Positions 17,392 through 26,574 of a DNA stretch of 32,000 nucleotides are shown here, in pieces. The notes beneath the pieces were generated by a model. The model was not told the origin of the DNA. It worked only from the letters and a program-made list of their open reading frames with translations, and did no database searches. A program made the translations under genes and the position numbers. Location: positions 2,760,001-2,792,000 of the forward strand of contig NC_000962.3 of the NCBI RefSeq assembly GCF_000195955.2. The letters are read 5' to 3'. The DNA is from Mycobacterium tuberculosis H37Rv. Its GTDB lineage: Bacteria > Actinomycetota > Actinomycetes > Mycobacteriales > Mycobacteriaceae. The first letter of the stretch is position 1. Each line of letters opens with the position of its first letter.

Positions 17392-20300
17392 CCCGAGATT
17401 CCTCGCCCGCTTGTCCGTGTCATGCGGCGGATCTGCCGCGCGGCGACCGACAACGTCGCCAGATCCTTCTGGCCGCTGGCACGGATGTCGTCGAGTGTCC
17501 GACGTGCCCGCGCCACCCGGGAGGCGCTGAGGTGTTCCCACTCGGCGATCTTTTGCTCGCTACTCTCGCCGGGTTCCCCCACGGCCAGCACGTCGAAACA
17601 CAACGACCGTAGCGCACCGTAAATATCGTCGCGAATCGCCAAGCGCGCCAACGAATGCCAGCGGTCGTGTCGGGGCAGCTGGGATACCGCGGTCAGCAGG
17701 CCATCGGTGCCCAGCCGGTCCATCAGGGCGAAATAGGTGTCAGCGACCTCGGCGGCGTCGATGTCGGCGATGTCGGCGATGTCGATGATGTCGAGCAGGC
17801 TGTACCGGTACAGGCCGGTCGAGACACGGTAGGCCAAGTCTTCAGGCACACCCTGCGATGCGAATTCCGCAGCTGTCTTTTCGACGATGGCCTTGTCATC
17901 ACCACGCAACCACTCCGACATGCGCGGTGTCAGTGCCTTGACCATGGCCGCGAATCGGTTGATCTCGGCGCCGACGGCCAAGGGCTGCGGACGGTAGTTG
18001 AGCAGCCAGCGTCCGGCACGGTCGATCAGCCGACGGGTGTCCAGCGTCAACCTGTCTGACAGCGCGATTGGCAGGTTCGCCGCACGGATCCGGCGCCAAA
18101 TGTGACCGACACCGAAGATGGCATCGGTGGCGACATAGGTGCGCACGGCATCGATCGGCGTGACACCAACGTCTTCGGCGATCCGGAACGCATAGGTGAT
18201 GCCGGCGGTATCCACCAGATCGTTGATCAGCATGGTGGTGACGATCTCGCGGCGCAGCTGGTGGGAACGGATCTCCGGGGTGAACCGTTCGCGCAGCGCC
18301 GTCGGGAAATAACGAGGCAACCTGGAAGCGAAGACATCCTGATCCGGTAGTTCGGTGGCTAGCACCTCCTCTTTGAGCCCCAGCTTGACGTGCGCCATCA
18401 GCGTGGCGAGTTCGGGCGAGGTGAGCCCGATGCCGGCCTCGGAGCGCCGGGCAATCTCCTTCTCCGACGGCAGCGCTTCCAATTCGCGGTTGACCCCGCG
18501 CTCAGCCACCAAATACTTGATCTGCATTGCGTGCACCGGCAGCAGGCTGGCCGCGTTGGCGCGACTGGTGCCCATCAAGTCGTTCTGATCTTCGTTGTCG
18601 GCGAGCACCAGTTGCGCTACCTCGTCGGTCATTGACTCGAGCAGCTGTGTGCGTTCGTCGGCTTTGACCGTGCCGGCGCTCACCAGCGAGTCGATCAGGA
18701 TCTTGATGTTGACCTCGTGGTCCGAGCAGTCCACGCCGGCGGAGTTGTCCAGCGCGTCGGTGTTGATCCGGCCGCCGGACAGATCGAATTCGACACGGCC
18801 CAACGCCGTCACTCCGAGATTGCCACCTTCGCCAATGACCTTGGCGCGCACTTGATTCGCGTTGACTCGCACCGGATCGTTGGCGCGATCGCCGACATCA
18901 GCATCCGACTCTGACTCGGCCTTGATGTAAGTGCCGATGCCGCCGTTGAACAGCAGGTCCACCGGCGCCCGCAGAATCGCCCGAATAAGGTTGGGCGGGG
19001 CCATCTCGGCGGCCCCCCCGTCAACTGAGCCGTCGATGCCGAGGACGGCGCGGACCTGCGCGCTGAGCGGGATGGCTTTCTGTTCGCGGCTGTACACCCC
19101 GCCGCCCTCGCTGATCAGAGACCTGTCATAGTCGCTCCAGCTGGACCGGGGCAACTCGAACATCCGCCGGCGTTCGGCCCACGACACCGCGGCATCGGGG
19201 TTGGGGTCGAGGAAGATGTGGCGGTGGTCGAAGGCGGCGATCAGCCGGATGTGCTTGCTCAGCAACATGCCGTTGCCGAATACGTCGCCGCTCATGTCGC
19301 CGATTCCCACGACGGTGAAATCCTGGGTCTGGGTGTCGATCCCGATCTCTCGGAAATGCCGTTTTACGGCCTCCCAGGCCCCCCGGGCGGTGATGCCCAT
19401 GGCCTTGTGGTCGTAGCCCACCGATCCGCCCGAGGCGAACGCGTCGCCCAGCCAGAACCCATAGGACTTGGCGACATCGTTGGCGATATCGGAAAAGGTG
19501 GCAGTACCTTTGTCGGCGGCCACTACCAAGTAGGCGTCGTCGCCGTCACGTCGCACCACCTCGGGCGGGGGGTTGACGCTTGCGGTCGCATGATCGACGT
19601 TGTCGGTGACATCGAGCAACCCGGAGATGAACAGCTGATAGCAGGCGACCCCTTCGGCGCGGGTGGCGTCGCGGTCGGCGGCGGGGTCGCCGGTGGGCAG
19701 CGGGGGACGCTTGACCACGAACCCGCCCTTGGCCCCGACCGGCACGATGACGGCGTTCTTCACCGCTTGCGCCTTGACCAATCCGAGAATCTCGGTTCGG
19801 AAATCGTCACGGCGGTCCGACCAGCGCAACCCGCCACGCGCAACTGGGCCGAACCTCAGATGCACGCCTTCGACGCGGGGCGAATACACAAAAATCTCGT
19901 ACCGGGGACGCGGCAGCGGAAGTTCGTCGATCAACTGGGCATTGAGTTTCAGCGCCAATACATCACGGCAGCGGGCCGAACCCTGGCGTGTCACAAAGTA
20001 ATTGGTGCGCAACGTGGCCTGAACCAACGACGCGAAGGCGCGCAGGATCCGGTCGGTGTCCAGGCTCACCAGCGCGTCGATGTCCGCGGCGACAGCGGCA
20101 GCGGCCGCTTGGGCATCGCGATTGCTCGCCGACCCCGACGGCACCGGAACGAAAAGCGCTTCGAACAGATCGACCAAAGACCGAACGGTAGCAGGGTGCT
20201 CGTTGAGCACCGATTCAATGTAGGACTGGCTGTACGGGAAGCCCGCCTGGCGCAGGTACTTCGCGTAGGCACGGAGCAGCACGACCTGCTGCCAAGTCAG

Positions 20301-22262
20301 CCCGGCACGCATCACCAGCTCGTTGAATCGGTCGATTTCGACCCGGCCGTGCCAGATCGCGGTCACCGCCTCGGCGAATCGGTGCGCGGTCGCGGCCCGC
20401 TCGGCAACCGTCGGGGCCAACGGGATCGTGGGATGCGGCGAGATCTTGAACTGATAGATCCAGACCGGCAGACCGTCCGGCCGGGTGACGGAGAACGGTC
20501 GCTCTTCGAGCACCACGACTCCCATGCTTTGCAGCATCGGCAGCAGCTGGCTCAGCGAAGCGGTGCGCCCACCGAGGAACCAGGTCAACTGGGCGACACC
20601 CTGCTCGTCGCGTTCGGAAAACACCAGCTTGACCGAATCGTCGGTCAGCTCCGTGATGACCGCAATGTCGCCAATGGCATCGGCCGGGGTGACGGCCTGT
20701 TTGTAGGCCTCGGAGAAGGCGGCAGCGTAATGCATAGCGTCGGCCTGTCCGACGGAGCCAGCCGCCGCCGCCGCGCCGATCAAACGGTCGGCCCAGGTTC
20801 GCGCGGCTTCGGTCAGCAGACCCTGGATCCGGATCCGGTTGGCTTCGGAAACGTCCACCGGCGGGGCGGCCGCCCCTTCTCCTGCCACACCCACTTCGGG
20901 TAGCCGCACCATGAAATGCATGAGTGCCCAAGGTGATTCACTGACCCGAGCGGTGAACTCCAGTCGTGTTCCCCCGAACTCGCGGACAAGGATGTCCTCG
21001 AATTGCATGCGCACGGCGGTGGTGTAGCGATCTCGGGGCATGTAGACCAGGCACGACACGAAGTACTGCAACCGATCCGCGCGCAGGAACAACAACGCCT
21101 GCCGTTGCGATCCCAAGTCCACCACGGCCCTGGCCATGGTCAGCAGGCGCTGCGCGCTCAGGGTGAACAGCTCCGGTCGCGGGACGGTCTGGATGACGTC
21201 GAGCAGCAATTGGCCTGGGTGGCTGGGATCGCTTTCGGCCATCGCCAGCGCCTCGCGGACCCGGCGCGAGATCGTCGGGATCTCCAGCACGTCCGCATTC
21301 ATGGCCGCGACGCTGAAGAGCCCGACGAAGCGGTGCTCGACCACGCTGCCGTCGACGTATTCGCGGACCGCGATGGCATAGGGATAGGCGCCGTAACGCA
21401 GGTAGCTGCCGACCCGCGCTTGGGCCAACACCAGCAGTTTGTCGTCGTCGGTCAGCCGGGGACGCGAACCGGTGCGGCCCCGCAGGACGCCCATACCGCT
21501 TGACCCCTCGCCGTAGACCATCCCGTCAGCCACCCGGCACCGTTGGTAGCCCAGCAGCAGGAAGTTCCCGTCACCCAGCCAACGCAACAGTTCCCCGACG
21601 TCTTGTCGGTCGGGCGCGGAAAATCGGCCGCCGGCATTGGATTCGACTTCTCCCGCCAGCTCGCTCAGGGTGGCGATCAGCGCTGTGGCGTCGGTGGCCA
21701 CCCGCTGGACGTCGGCCAGCACCTTGGGCAGCAACCGCTCCACCTCGGCGAGGCCTTTGTGATCAACGGCGGGCGAGAGCGCTACGTGCATCCAGGCCTC
21801 ACCCAGGTGCGGCGACGTGCCCTCGGCCTTCGGTTCGATGCGCAGCAGCTCTCCCGTGGGGCTGCGGTGCACGTCGAACACCGGGGTCAGAATCGCCGCG
21901 TAGGCGATTCCAAGCCGGTGCAGCAGCACCGTAACGGAATCCATCAGCATGCCGCCGTGCTCGGCGACCACCTGCAGCGCCGGACCGAACCCCGCGGGAT
22001 CGTCCGCCCGATAGACGGCGACACAGCTTTCACCGGCCGCGCGGTGCCGGCCAAGCCGATAATGTGCGCCCAGCATGGCGGGCGTCAGCAGGGAGGCTGG
22101 AAGCCAACTGGCCTCGGCGGCCTTGGTGGCTTCCGACGAGTCGTCGCGCGGTCCTCGATAGCTGTCGATGTAGGCCTTCGAGATCCAGTCAGGAATGTCC
22201 GCACTCGCGGTGAACGTGGTCCACGCCTCAACATCCTGCTTAGCCCCGGGATCGATCGTCAT
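17388..22262 (-). CDS. gdh: Large NAD-specific glutamate dehydrogenase (about 180 kDa class)
   Basis: 1624 aa from ATG 22262. The Bac_GDH-type catalytic core includes [14 protein letters not shown] and a [11 protein letters not shown] dinucleotide region. Confidence 0.95.
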   Translation of the reverse strand: MTIDPGAKQDVEAWTTFTASADIPDWISKAYIDSYRGPRDDSSEATKAAEASWLPASLLTPAMLGAHYRLGRHRAAGESCVAVYRADDPAGFGPALQVVAEHGGMLMDSVTVLLHRLGIAYAAILTPVFDVHRSPTGELLRIEPKAEGTSPHLGEAWMHVALSPAVDHKGLAEVERLLPKVLADVQRVATDATALIATLSELAGEVESNAGGRFSAPDRQDVGELLRWLGDGNFLLLGYQRCRVADGMVYGEGSSGMGVLRGRTGSRPRLTDDDKLLVLAQARVGSYLRYGAYPYAIAVREYVDGSVVEHRFVGLFSVAAMNADVLEIPTISRRVREALAMAESDPSHPGQLLLDVIQTVPRPELFTLSAQRLLTMARAVVDLGSQRQALLFLRADRLQYFVSCLVYMPRDRYTTAVRMQFEDILVREFGGTRLEFTARVSESPWALMHFMVRLPEVGVAGEGAAAPPVDVSEANRIRIQGLLTEAARTWADRLIGAAAAAGSVGQADAMHYAAAFSEAYKQAVTPADAIGDIAVITELTDDSVKLVFSERDEQGVAQLTWFLGGRTASLSQLLPMLQSMGVVVLEERPFSVTRPDGLPVWIYQFKISPHPTIPLAPTVAERAATAHRFAEAVTAIWHGRVEIDRFNELVMRAGLTWQQVVLLRAYAKYLRQAGFPYSQSYIESVLNEHPATVRSLVDLFEALFVPVPSGSASNRDAQAAAAAVAADIDALVSLDTDRILRAFASLVQATLRTNYFVTRQGSARCRDVLALKLNAQLIDELPLPRPRYEIFVYSPRVEGVHLRFGPVARGGLRWSDRRDDFRTEILGLVKAQAVKNAVIVPVGAKGGFVVKRPPLPTGDPAADRDATRAEGVACYQLFISGLLDVTDNVDHATASVNPPPEVVRRDGDDAYLVVAADKGTATFSDIANDVAKSYGFWLGDAFASGGSVGYDHKAMGITARGAWEAVKRHFREIGIDTQTQDFTVVGIGDMSGDVFGNGMLLSKHIRLIAAFDHRHIFLDPNPDAAVSWAERRRMFELPRSSWSDYDRSLISEGGGVYSREQKAIPLSAQVRAVLGIDGSVDGGAAEMAPPNLIRAILRAPVDLLFNGGIGTYIKAESESDADVGDRANDPVRVNANQVRAKVIGEGGNLGVTALGRVEFDLSGGRINTDALDNSAGVDCSDHEVNIKILIDSLVSAGTVKADERTQLLESMTDEVAQLVLADNEDQNDLMGTSRANAASLLPVHAMQIKYLVAERGVNRELEALPSEKEIARRSEAGIGLTSPELATLMAHVKLGLKEEVLATELPDQDVFASRLPRYFPTALRERFTPEIRSHQLRREIVTTMLINDLVDTAGITYAFRIAEDVGVTPIDAVRTYVATDAIFGVGHIWRRIRAANLPIALSDRLTLDTRRLIDRAGRWLLNYRPQPLAVGAEINRFAAMVKALTPRMSEWLRGDDKAIVEKTAAEFASQGVPEDLAYRVSTGLYRYSLLDIIDIADIADIDAAEVADTYFALMDRLGTDGLLTAVSQLPRHDRWHSLARLAIRDDIYGALRSLCFDVLAVGEPGESSEQKIAEWEHLSASRVARARRTLDDIRASGQKDLATLSVAARQIRRMTRTSGRGISG

Positions 22263-22365
22263 GCCGATTGCTCCCAACTCACGACGGGTACCGCTCGATT
22301 CAATTTTCCCGCTCCTGGGTGCGGCGTTCCGGACGCATCGTCACGGGGCGTGGGCGAAGCTAACA

Positions 22366-24042
22366 TTAGCCGCGCGTCAGCTTGCGGTGGGTGACCCTAT
22401 GCGGTCGAGCGGCGTCGACACCGAGCCGTTCCACCTTGTTCTCCTCGTAGGCGCCGAAGTTGCCCTCGAACCAGAACCACTTCGCCTCGTTGTCGTCGTC
22501 ACCCTCCCACGCCAGGATGTGCGTGCACGTGCGGTCAAGAAACCAGCGATCGTGCGAAATCACCACGGCGCAGCCGGGGAAGTTCAGCAGAGCATTCTCC
22601 AGCGAACCCAGAGTCTCGACATCCAGGTCGTTCGTCGGTTCGTCGAGCAGAATCAGGTTGCCGCCCTGTTTGAGCGTCAACGCAAGGTTGAGCCTGTTGC
22701 GCTCCCCGCCGGATAGCACACCGGCCGGTTTTTGCTGGTCCGGTCCCTTAAACCCGAATGCCGACACGTAGGCCCGTGACGGCACTTCGGTTTGACCGAC
22801 CTGGATATAGTCCAGACCGTCCGAGACAACCTCCCAGACGGTCTTCCGCGGATCGATGCCAGCACGGGCCTGGTCCACGTAACTCAGCTTGACGGTCTCG
22901 CCGACCTTGACGCTGCCGCTGTCCGGTGTCTCGAGCCCGACGATGGTTTTGAACAGTGTGGTCTTGCCTACCCCGTTGGGCCCAATGACGCCGACGATGC
23001 CATTGCGGGGCAAGCTGAACGACAGGTCCTTGATCAGGGCGCGCCCGTCGTAGCCCTTATCGAGGTGGTCGACCTCAACCACCACGTTGCCTAGGCGGGG
23101 CCCGACCGGGATCTGAATCTCCTCGAAGTCGAGCTTGCGGGTCTTCTCCGCCTCGGCTGCCATCTCCTCGTAGCGCTGCAGGCGCGCCTTGCTTTTGGCC
23201 TGGCGCGCCTTGGCCCCGGACCGGACCCAAGCCAACTCCTCGGTCAACCGCTTTTGCAGCTTCGCGTCCTTGCGGCCTTGCACCGCGAGCCGCTCGGCTT
23301 TTTTCTCCAGATAGGTCGAGTAGTTGCCCTCATAGGGGTAGGCGCGGCCACGATCGAGCTCCAGGATCCATTCCGCGACGTTGTCCAGGAAGTAACGGTC
23401 GTGGGTGACCGCCAGGATCGCACCGGGGTAGCTGGCCAGATGCTGTTCGAGCCACTGCACACTTTCCGCGTCTAGGTGGTTGGTCGGCTCGTCGAGCAAC
23501 AACAGGTCGGGTTTGGACAACAGCAGTTTGCACAGCGCCACCCGGCGACGCTCGCCACCGGATAGGTTGGTTACCGGCTCGTCGGCCGGCGGACAGCGCA
23601 GCGCATCCATGGCCTGCTCGAGCTGCGCGTCGAGGTCCCACGCGTCGGCGTGGTCCAGTTCCTCTTGCAGCCGACCCATCTCTTCCATCAGCTCGTCGGT
23701 GTAGTCGGTGGCCATCAATTCGGCGACCTCGTTGAAGCGGTCGAGCTTGATCTTGATGTCCCCCATGCCCTCTTCCACATTGCCGCGAACGGTCTTGTCC
23801 TCGTTCAGCGGCGGTTCCTGTTGCAGGATGCCCACGGTGGCGCCGGTGGCCAGGAAGGCATCGCCGTTGTTCGGCTTGTCCAAACCGGCCATGATCCGCA
23901 AGACGCTCGACTTACCGGCCCCGTTGGGGCCGACGACACCGATCTTGGCGCCCGGATAGAAACTCAACGTCACGTCGTCGAGGATCACCTTATCGCCGTG
24001 CGCCTTGCGGACCTTCTTCATCGTGTAGATGAACTCAGCCAT
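22366..24042 (-). CDS. ettA: ABC-F family energy-dependent translational throttle ATPase (EttA-like)
   Basis: 558 aa with two ABC cassettes and no TM domain. Walker A motifs are GPNGAGKS and GPNGVGKT. Signature motifs are LSGGERRR and LSGGERNR. Confidence 0.95.
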   Translation of the reverse strand: MAEFIYTMKKVRKAHGDKVILDDVTLSFYPGAKIGVVGPNGAGKSSVLRIMAGLDKPNNGDAFLATGATVGILQQEPPLNEDKTVRGNVEEGMGDIKIKLDRFNEVAELMATDYTDELMEEMGRLQEELDHADAWDLDAQLEQAMDALRCPPADEPVTNLSGGERRRVALCKLLLSKPDLLLLDEPTNHLDAESVQWLEQHLASYPGAILAVTHDRYFLDNVAEWILELDRGRAYPYEGNYSTYLEKKAERLAVQGRKDAKLQKRLTEELAWVRSGAKARQAKSKARLQRYEEMAAEAEKTRKLDFEEIQIPVGPRLGNVVVEVDHLDKGYDGRALIKDLSFSLPRNGIVGVIGPNGVGKTTLFKTIVGLETPDSGSVKVGETVKLSYVDQARAGIDPRKTVWEVVSDGLDYIQVGQTEVPSRAYVSAFGFKGPDQQKPAGVLSGGERNRLNLALTLKQGGNLILLDEPTNDLDVETLGSLENALLNFPGCAVVISHDRWFLDRTCTHILAWEGDDDNEAKWFWFEGNFGAYEENKVERLGVDAARPHRVTHRKLTRG

Positions 24043-24122
24043 GCCGCGGTGTTGCCTTTCTGGTCCTTCGGGTTACCTCGCGAACCATCCTAGGCACCGC
24101 CGGGGCAGCATCGAGGCGACCC

Positions 24123-24608
24123 CTAAGCCGATATGGGCAGGGGGTTGTGGCCAGTGATGGCGTCGTCGACCACGACATCGGAAACCGAGTCGGCTGCCGA
24201 CGCTGGGGCGTCGGCGGCACCGGCCGCCCCGGTCCCCGTGGCGGCCGGGAGATCACCGGCGCTTGGACCGGTGTAGGCCGGCTTTTCGATGCGCACGATC
24301 ACGCGCGACAAATCCGGCCCTACCGACGTCGCCCGCATCTCCAGCGACGAGCGACGAATGCCGTCCCGGTCCTCATATTCACTGGTGTACACGTGTCCCA
24401 CCACAATCACCGGTGCGCCCTTGCCCAATGCTGCGCCCACCCCGGTGACCAGCCTTCCCCAGCAATTGACGGTGATAAACAGCGAGTTGCCGGGCTCCCA
24501 ACCGCCGTCGCTGGTGCGCCGGCGCGAATTGCTGGCCACCCGGAACTTGACGACCTCTTGATCACCGACTTTGCGGCGCTGCAAATCGTTGACGATGTGA
24601 CCGACCAC
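24123..24608 (-). CDS. ssbB: SSB-like OB-fold protein, 5'-truncated by IS6110 (body of the gene; annotatable from an internal GTG)
   Basis: 161 codons from GTG 24608. OB-fold SSB-like sequence (VVGHIVNDLQRRKVGDQEVVKFRVASNSRRR...). The IS6110 terminus starts 6 nt upstream. The original first 6 codons are found at 25987-25970. Confidence 0.8.
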   Translation of the reverse strand: MVGHIVNDLQRRKVGDQEVVKFRVASNSRRRTSDGGWEPGNSLFITVNCWGRLVTGVGAALGKGAPVIVVGHVYTSEYEDRDGIRRSSLEMRATSVGPDLSRVIVRIEKPAYTGPSAGDLPAATGTGAAGAADAPASAADSVSDVVVDDAITGHNPLPISA

Positions 24609-24614
24609 GGTCAG

Positions 24615-24642
24615 TGAACCGCCCCGGTGAGTCCGGAGACTC
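24615..24642. repeat. IS6110 terminal inverted repeat (3' end relative to the transposase)
   Basis: tgaaccgccccggtgagtccggagactc matches the reverse complement of 25942-25969 at 25 of 28 positions. Confidence 0.97.
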
Positions 24643-24656
24643 TCTGATCTGAGACC

Positions 24657-25643
24657 TCAGCCGGCGGCTGGTCTCTGGCGTTGAGCGTAGTAGGCAGCCT
24701 CGAGTTCGACCGGCGGGACGTCGCCGCAGTACTGGTAGAGGCGGCGATGGTTGAACCAGTCGACCCAGCGCGCGGTGGCCAACTCGACATCCTCGATGGA
24801 CCGCCAGGGCTTGCCGGGTTTGATCAGCTCGGTCTTGTATAGGCCGTTGATCGTCTCGGCTAGTGCATTGTCATAGGAGCTTCCGACCGCTCCGACCGAC
24901 GGTTGGATGCCTGCCTCGGCGAGCCGCTCGCTGAACCGGATCGATGTGTACTGAGATCCCCTATCCGTATGGTGGATAACGTCTTTCAGGTCGAGTACGC
25001 CTTCTTGTTGGCGGGTCCAGATGGCTTGCTCGATCGCGTCGAGGACCATGGAGGTGGCCATCGTGGAAGCGACCCGCCAGCCCAGGATCCTGCGAGCGTA
25101 GGCGTCGGTGACAAAGGCCACGTAGGCGAACCCTGCCCAGGTCGACACATAGGTGAGGTCTGCTACCCACAGCCGGTTAGGTGCTGGTGGTCCGAAGCGG
25201 CGCTGGACGAGATCGGCGGGACGGGCTGTGGCCGGATCAGCGATCGTGGTCCTGCGGGCTTTGCCGCGGGTGGTCCCGGACAGGCCGAGTTTGGTCATCA
25301 GCCGTTCGACGGTGCATCTGGCCACCTCGATGCCCTCACGGTTCAGGGTTAGCCACACTTTGCGGGCACCGTAAACACCGTAGTTGGCGGCGTGGACGCG
25401 GCTGATGTGCTCCTTGAGTTCGCCATCGCGCAGCTCGCGGCGGCTGGGCTCCCGGTTGATGTGGTCGTAGTAGGTCGATGGGGCGATCGGCACACCCAGC
25501 TCGGTCAGCTGTGTGCAGATCGACTCGACACCCCACCGCAAACCATCGGGGCCCTCGCGGTGGCCCTGATGATCGGCGATGAACCGGGTAATTAGCGTGC
25601 TGGCCGGTCGAGCTCGGCCGCGAAGAAAGCCGACGCGGTCTTT
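24657..25643 (-). CDS. IS6110 transposase OrfB (DDE integrase domain), expressed as OrfAB fusion by -1 frameshift
   Basis: The frame is open from the slippery site to TGA at 24657. A DDE/rve-type core is present (HTDRGSQYTS ... YDNALAE). It overlaps the orfA 3' end in the -1 frame. Confidence 0.95.
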   Translation of the reverse strand, partial: KDRVGFLRGRARPASTLITRFIADHQGHREGPDGLRWGVESICTQLTELGVPIAPSTYYDHINREPSRRELRDGELKEHISRVHAANYGVYGARKVWLTLNREGIEVARCTVERLMTKLGLSGTTRGKARRTTIADPATARPADLVQRRFGPPAPNRLWVADLTYVSTWAGFAYVAFVTDAYARRILGWRVASTMATSMVLDAIEQAIWTRQQEGVLDLKDVIHHTDRGSQYTSIRFSERLAEAGIQPSVGAVGSSYDNALAETINGLYKTELIKPGKPWRSIEDVELATARWVDWFNHRRLYQYCGDVPPVELEAAYYAQRQRPAAG

Positions 25644-25918
25644 AAAATCGCGTTCGCCCTTCGCAATTCGGCGTTGTCCCGCCGCAAGCGCTTCAGCTCA
25701 GCGGATTCTTCGGTCGTGGTCCCGGGCCGTGCGCCGGCATCGACCTGCGCCTGGCGCACCCACTTACGCACCGTCTCCGCGCAGCCAACACCAAGTAGAC
25801 GGGCGACCTCACTGATCGCTGCCCACTCCGAATCGTGCTGACCGCGGATCTCTGCGACCATCCGCACCGCCCGCTCACGCAGCTCCGGCGGGTACCTCCT
25901 CGATGAACCACCTGACAT
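25592..25918 (-). CDS. IS6110 transposase OrfA (HTH DNA-binding part)
   Basis: 108 aa from ATG at 25918. This is an IS3-family OrfA with a leucine-zipper-like C-terminus ending just after the slippery site. Confidence 0.95.
   Translation of the reverse strand: MSGGSSRRYPPELRERAVRMVAEIRGQHDSEWAAISEVARLLGVGCAETVRKWVRQAQVDAGARPGTTTEESAELKRLRRDNAELRRANAILKTASAFFAAELDRPAR
25640..25647 (-). promoter_or_regulatory. Programmed -1 ribosomal frameshift slippery sequence UUUUAAAG
   Basis: The minus strand reads TTTTAAAG inside the orfA/orfB overlap. Shifting -1 here joins ...AILK to DRVGFLRG..., which is the open orfB frame. Confidence 0.8.
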
Positions 25919-25941
25919 GACCCCATCCTTTCCAAGAACTG

Positions 25942-25969
25942 GAGTCTCCGGACATGCCGGGGCGGTTCA
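25942..25969. repeat. IS6110 terminal inverted repeat (5' end relative to the transposase)
   Basis: gagtctccggacatgccggggcggttca is the partner of 24615-24642. Confidence 0.97.
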
Positions 25970-25987
25970 CAGTGGCGTTTCGAACAT
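25970..25987 (-). other. Detached 5' end of the SSB-like gene: ATG + 5 codons (MFETPL) with its SD, terminated by the TGA of the IS6110 terminus
   Basis: The minus strand reads GGAAAGGAatgagcaaATG TTC GAA ACG CCA CTG | TGA(IS). Removing the IS and one CAG copy restores MFETPLTVVGHIVND... in frame with 24608 onward. Confidence 0.8.
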
Positions 25988-26004
25988 TTGCTCATTCCTT
26001 TCCT

Positions 26005-26032
26005 AGTTGCGTTGGCACAGTTGCGTTGGCAC
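26005..26032. repeat. Perfect 14-bp tandem direct repeat (agttgcgttggcac x2)
   Basis: 26005-26018 equals 26019-26032 exactly. It lies 18-45 nt upstream (minus sense) of the stranded ATG at 25987. Confidence 0.9.
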
Positions 26033-26330
26033 CGGGTGATTCCGCGAACTGCCCACGCATATGCCGAGTGCTATTCACCTCGGCCACACCGACATTTGCC
26101 GGGATGAGACCGTCGCCGCGCGCAATCCTGTGAATGAAGCGGTAACTGTGGATTAACCAATTAATTGGCCGCTTGGCCTGCAAACCTGGGAACCAGACCG
26201 AAACCTCGCTCAGTATTCACAAAACGGTCCAATGGGGCAGGGTGACGGCGATAACATCCCAATGACCGTGATTCTTCGAACCATGGCGACGTACGGGCCA
26301 CGACAACCTGCCATCGAAGGGGCGACGACA

Positions 26331-26519
26331 ATGAAGACAAGGAACCCACGGACGCTGCTAACCTGGCTGCTCGGCGCGATAGTTACTGGGTTGTACGTGG
26401 TTTTCGCTACGGGCTGCCAATTGCAAGCGCCCGCGCCTCCCACTCCGGAAATAGGTTGGTCGGGCCCGCAGGCTCCACTGCCGGCGCCGGATGCGGCGCC
26501 AACGCACCTCGGCGTCTAG
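26331..26519 (+). CDS. Putative small secreted/lipoprotein-like ORF (62 aa)
   Basis: ATG is preceded by GAAGGGG with 8-nt spacing. The sequence MKTRNPRTLLTWLLGAIVTGLYVVFATGC has a basic n-region, a hydrophobic h-region and a lipobox-like ATGC, followed by a Pro/Ala-rich tail. I do not recall it as a classical annotated gene. Confidence 0.35.
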   Translation: MKTRNPRTLLTWLLGAIVTGLYVVFATGCQLQAPAPPTPEIGWSGPQAPLPAPDAAPTHLGV

Positions 26520-26574
26520 CCGATCGCGGCGGACAAGTCGCCCGGCACCCAGGGCGAGCAGGGCTTCACGACAG

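Larger units (their letters stand above)
24615..25969 (-). mobile_element. IS6110 (IS3 family), complete 1355-bp copy, transposase on the minus strand
   Basis: The termini are TGAACCGCCCCGG...GAGACTC and its inverted copy. The 28-bp imperfect IRs have 3 central mismatches. A 3-bp target duplication CAG is present (24612-24614 and 25970-25972). orfA and orfB with a slippery site lie inside. Confidence 0.98.

Noticed and set aside
19218-20903. 561-aa ORF on the plus strand
   Set aside because: It is antisense to the gdh catalytic core and has low-complexity Gly/Arg/Asp-rich composition. The minus frame encodes the conserved GDH sequence.
25693-25995. 100-aa minus-strand ORF starting at ATG 25995
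   Set aside because: This is a chimeric reading frame that starts in flanking DNA and runs across the IS6110 terminus into the orfA region in the wrong frame. It is an artefact of the insertion. The in-frame native start is the ATG at 25987.
25992-26443. Three short minus-strand ORFs (63, 62, 77 aa) in the region right of IS6110
   Set aside because: They have no SD, mutually overlap, have odd composition, and cover the tandem repeat and palindrome. I interpret them as non-coding promoter DNA.
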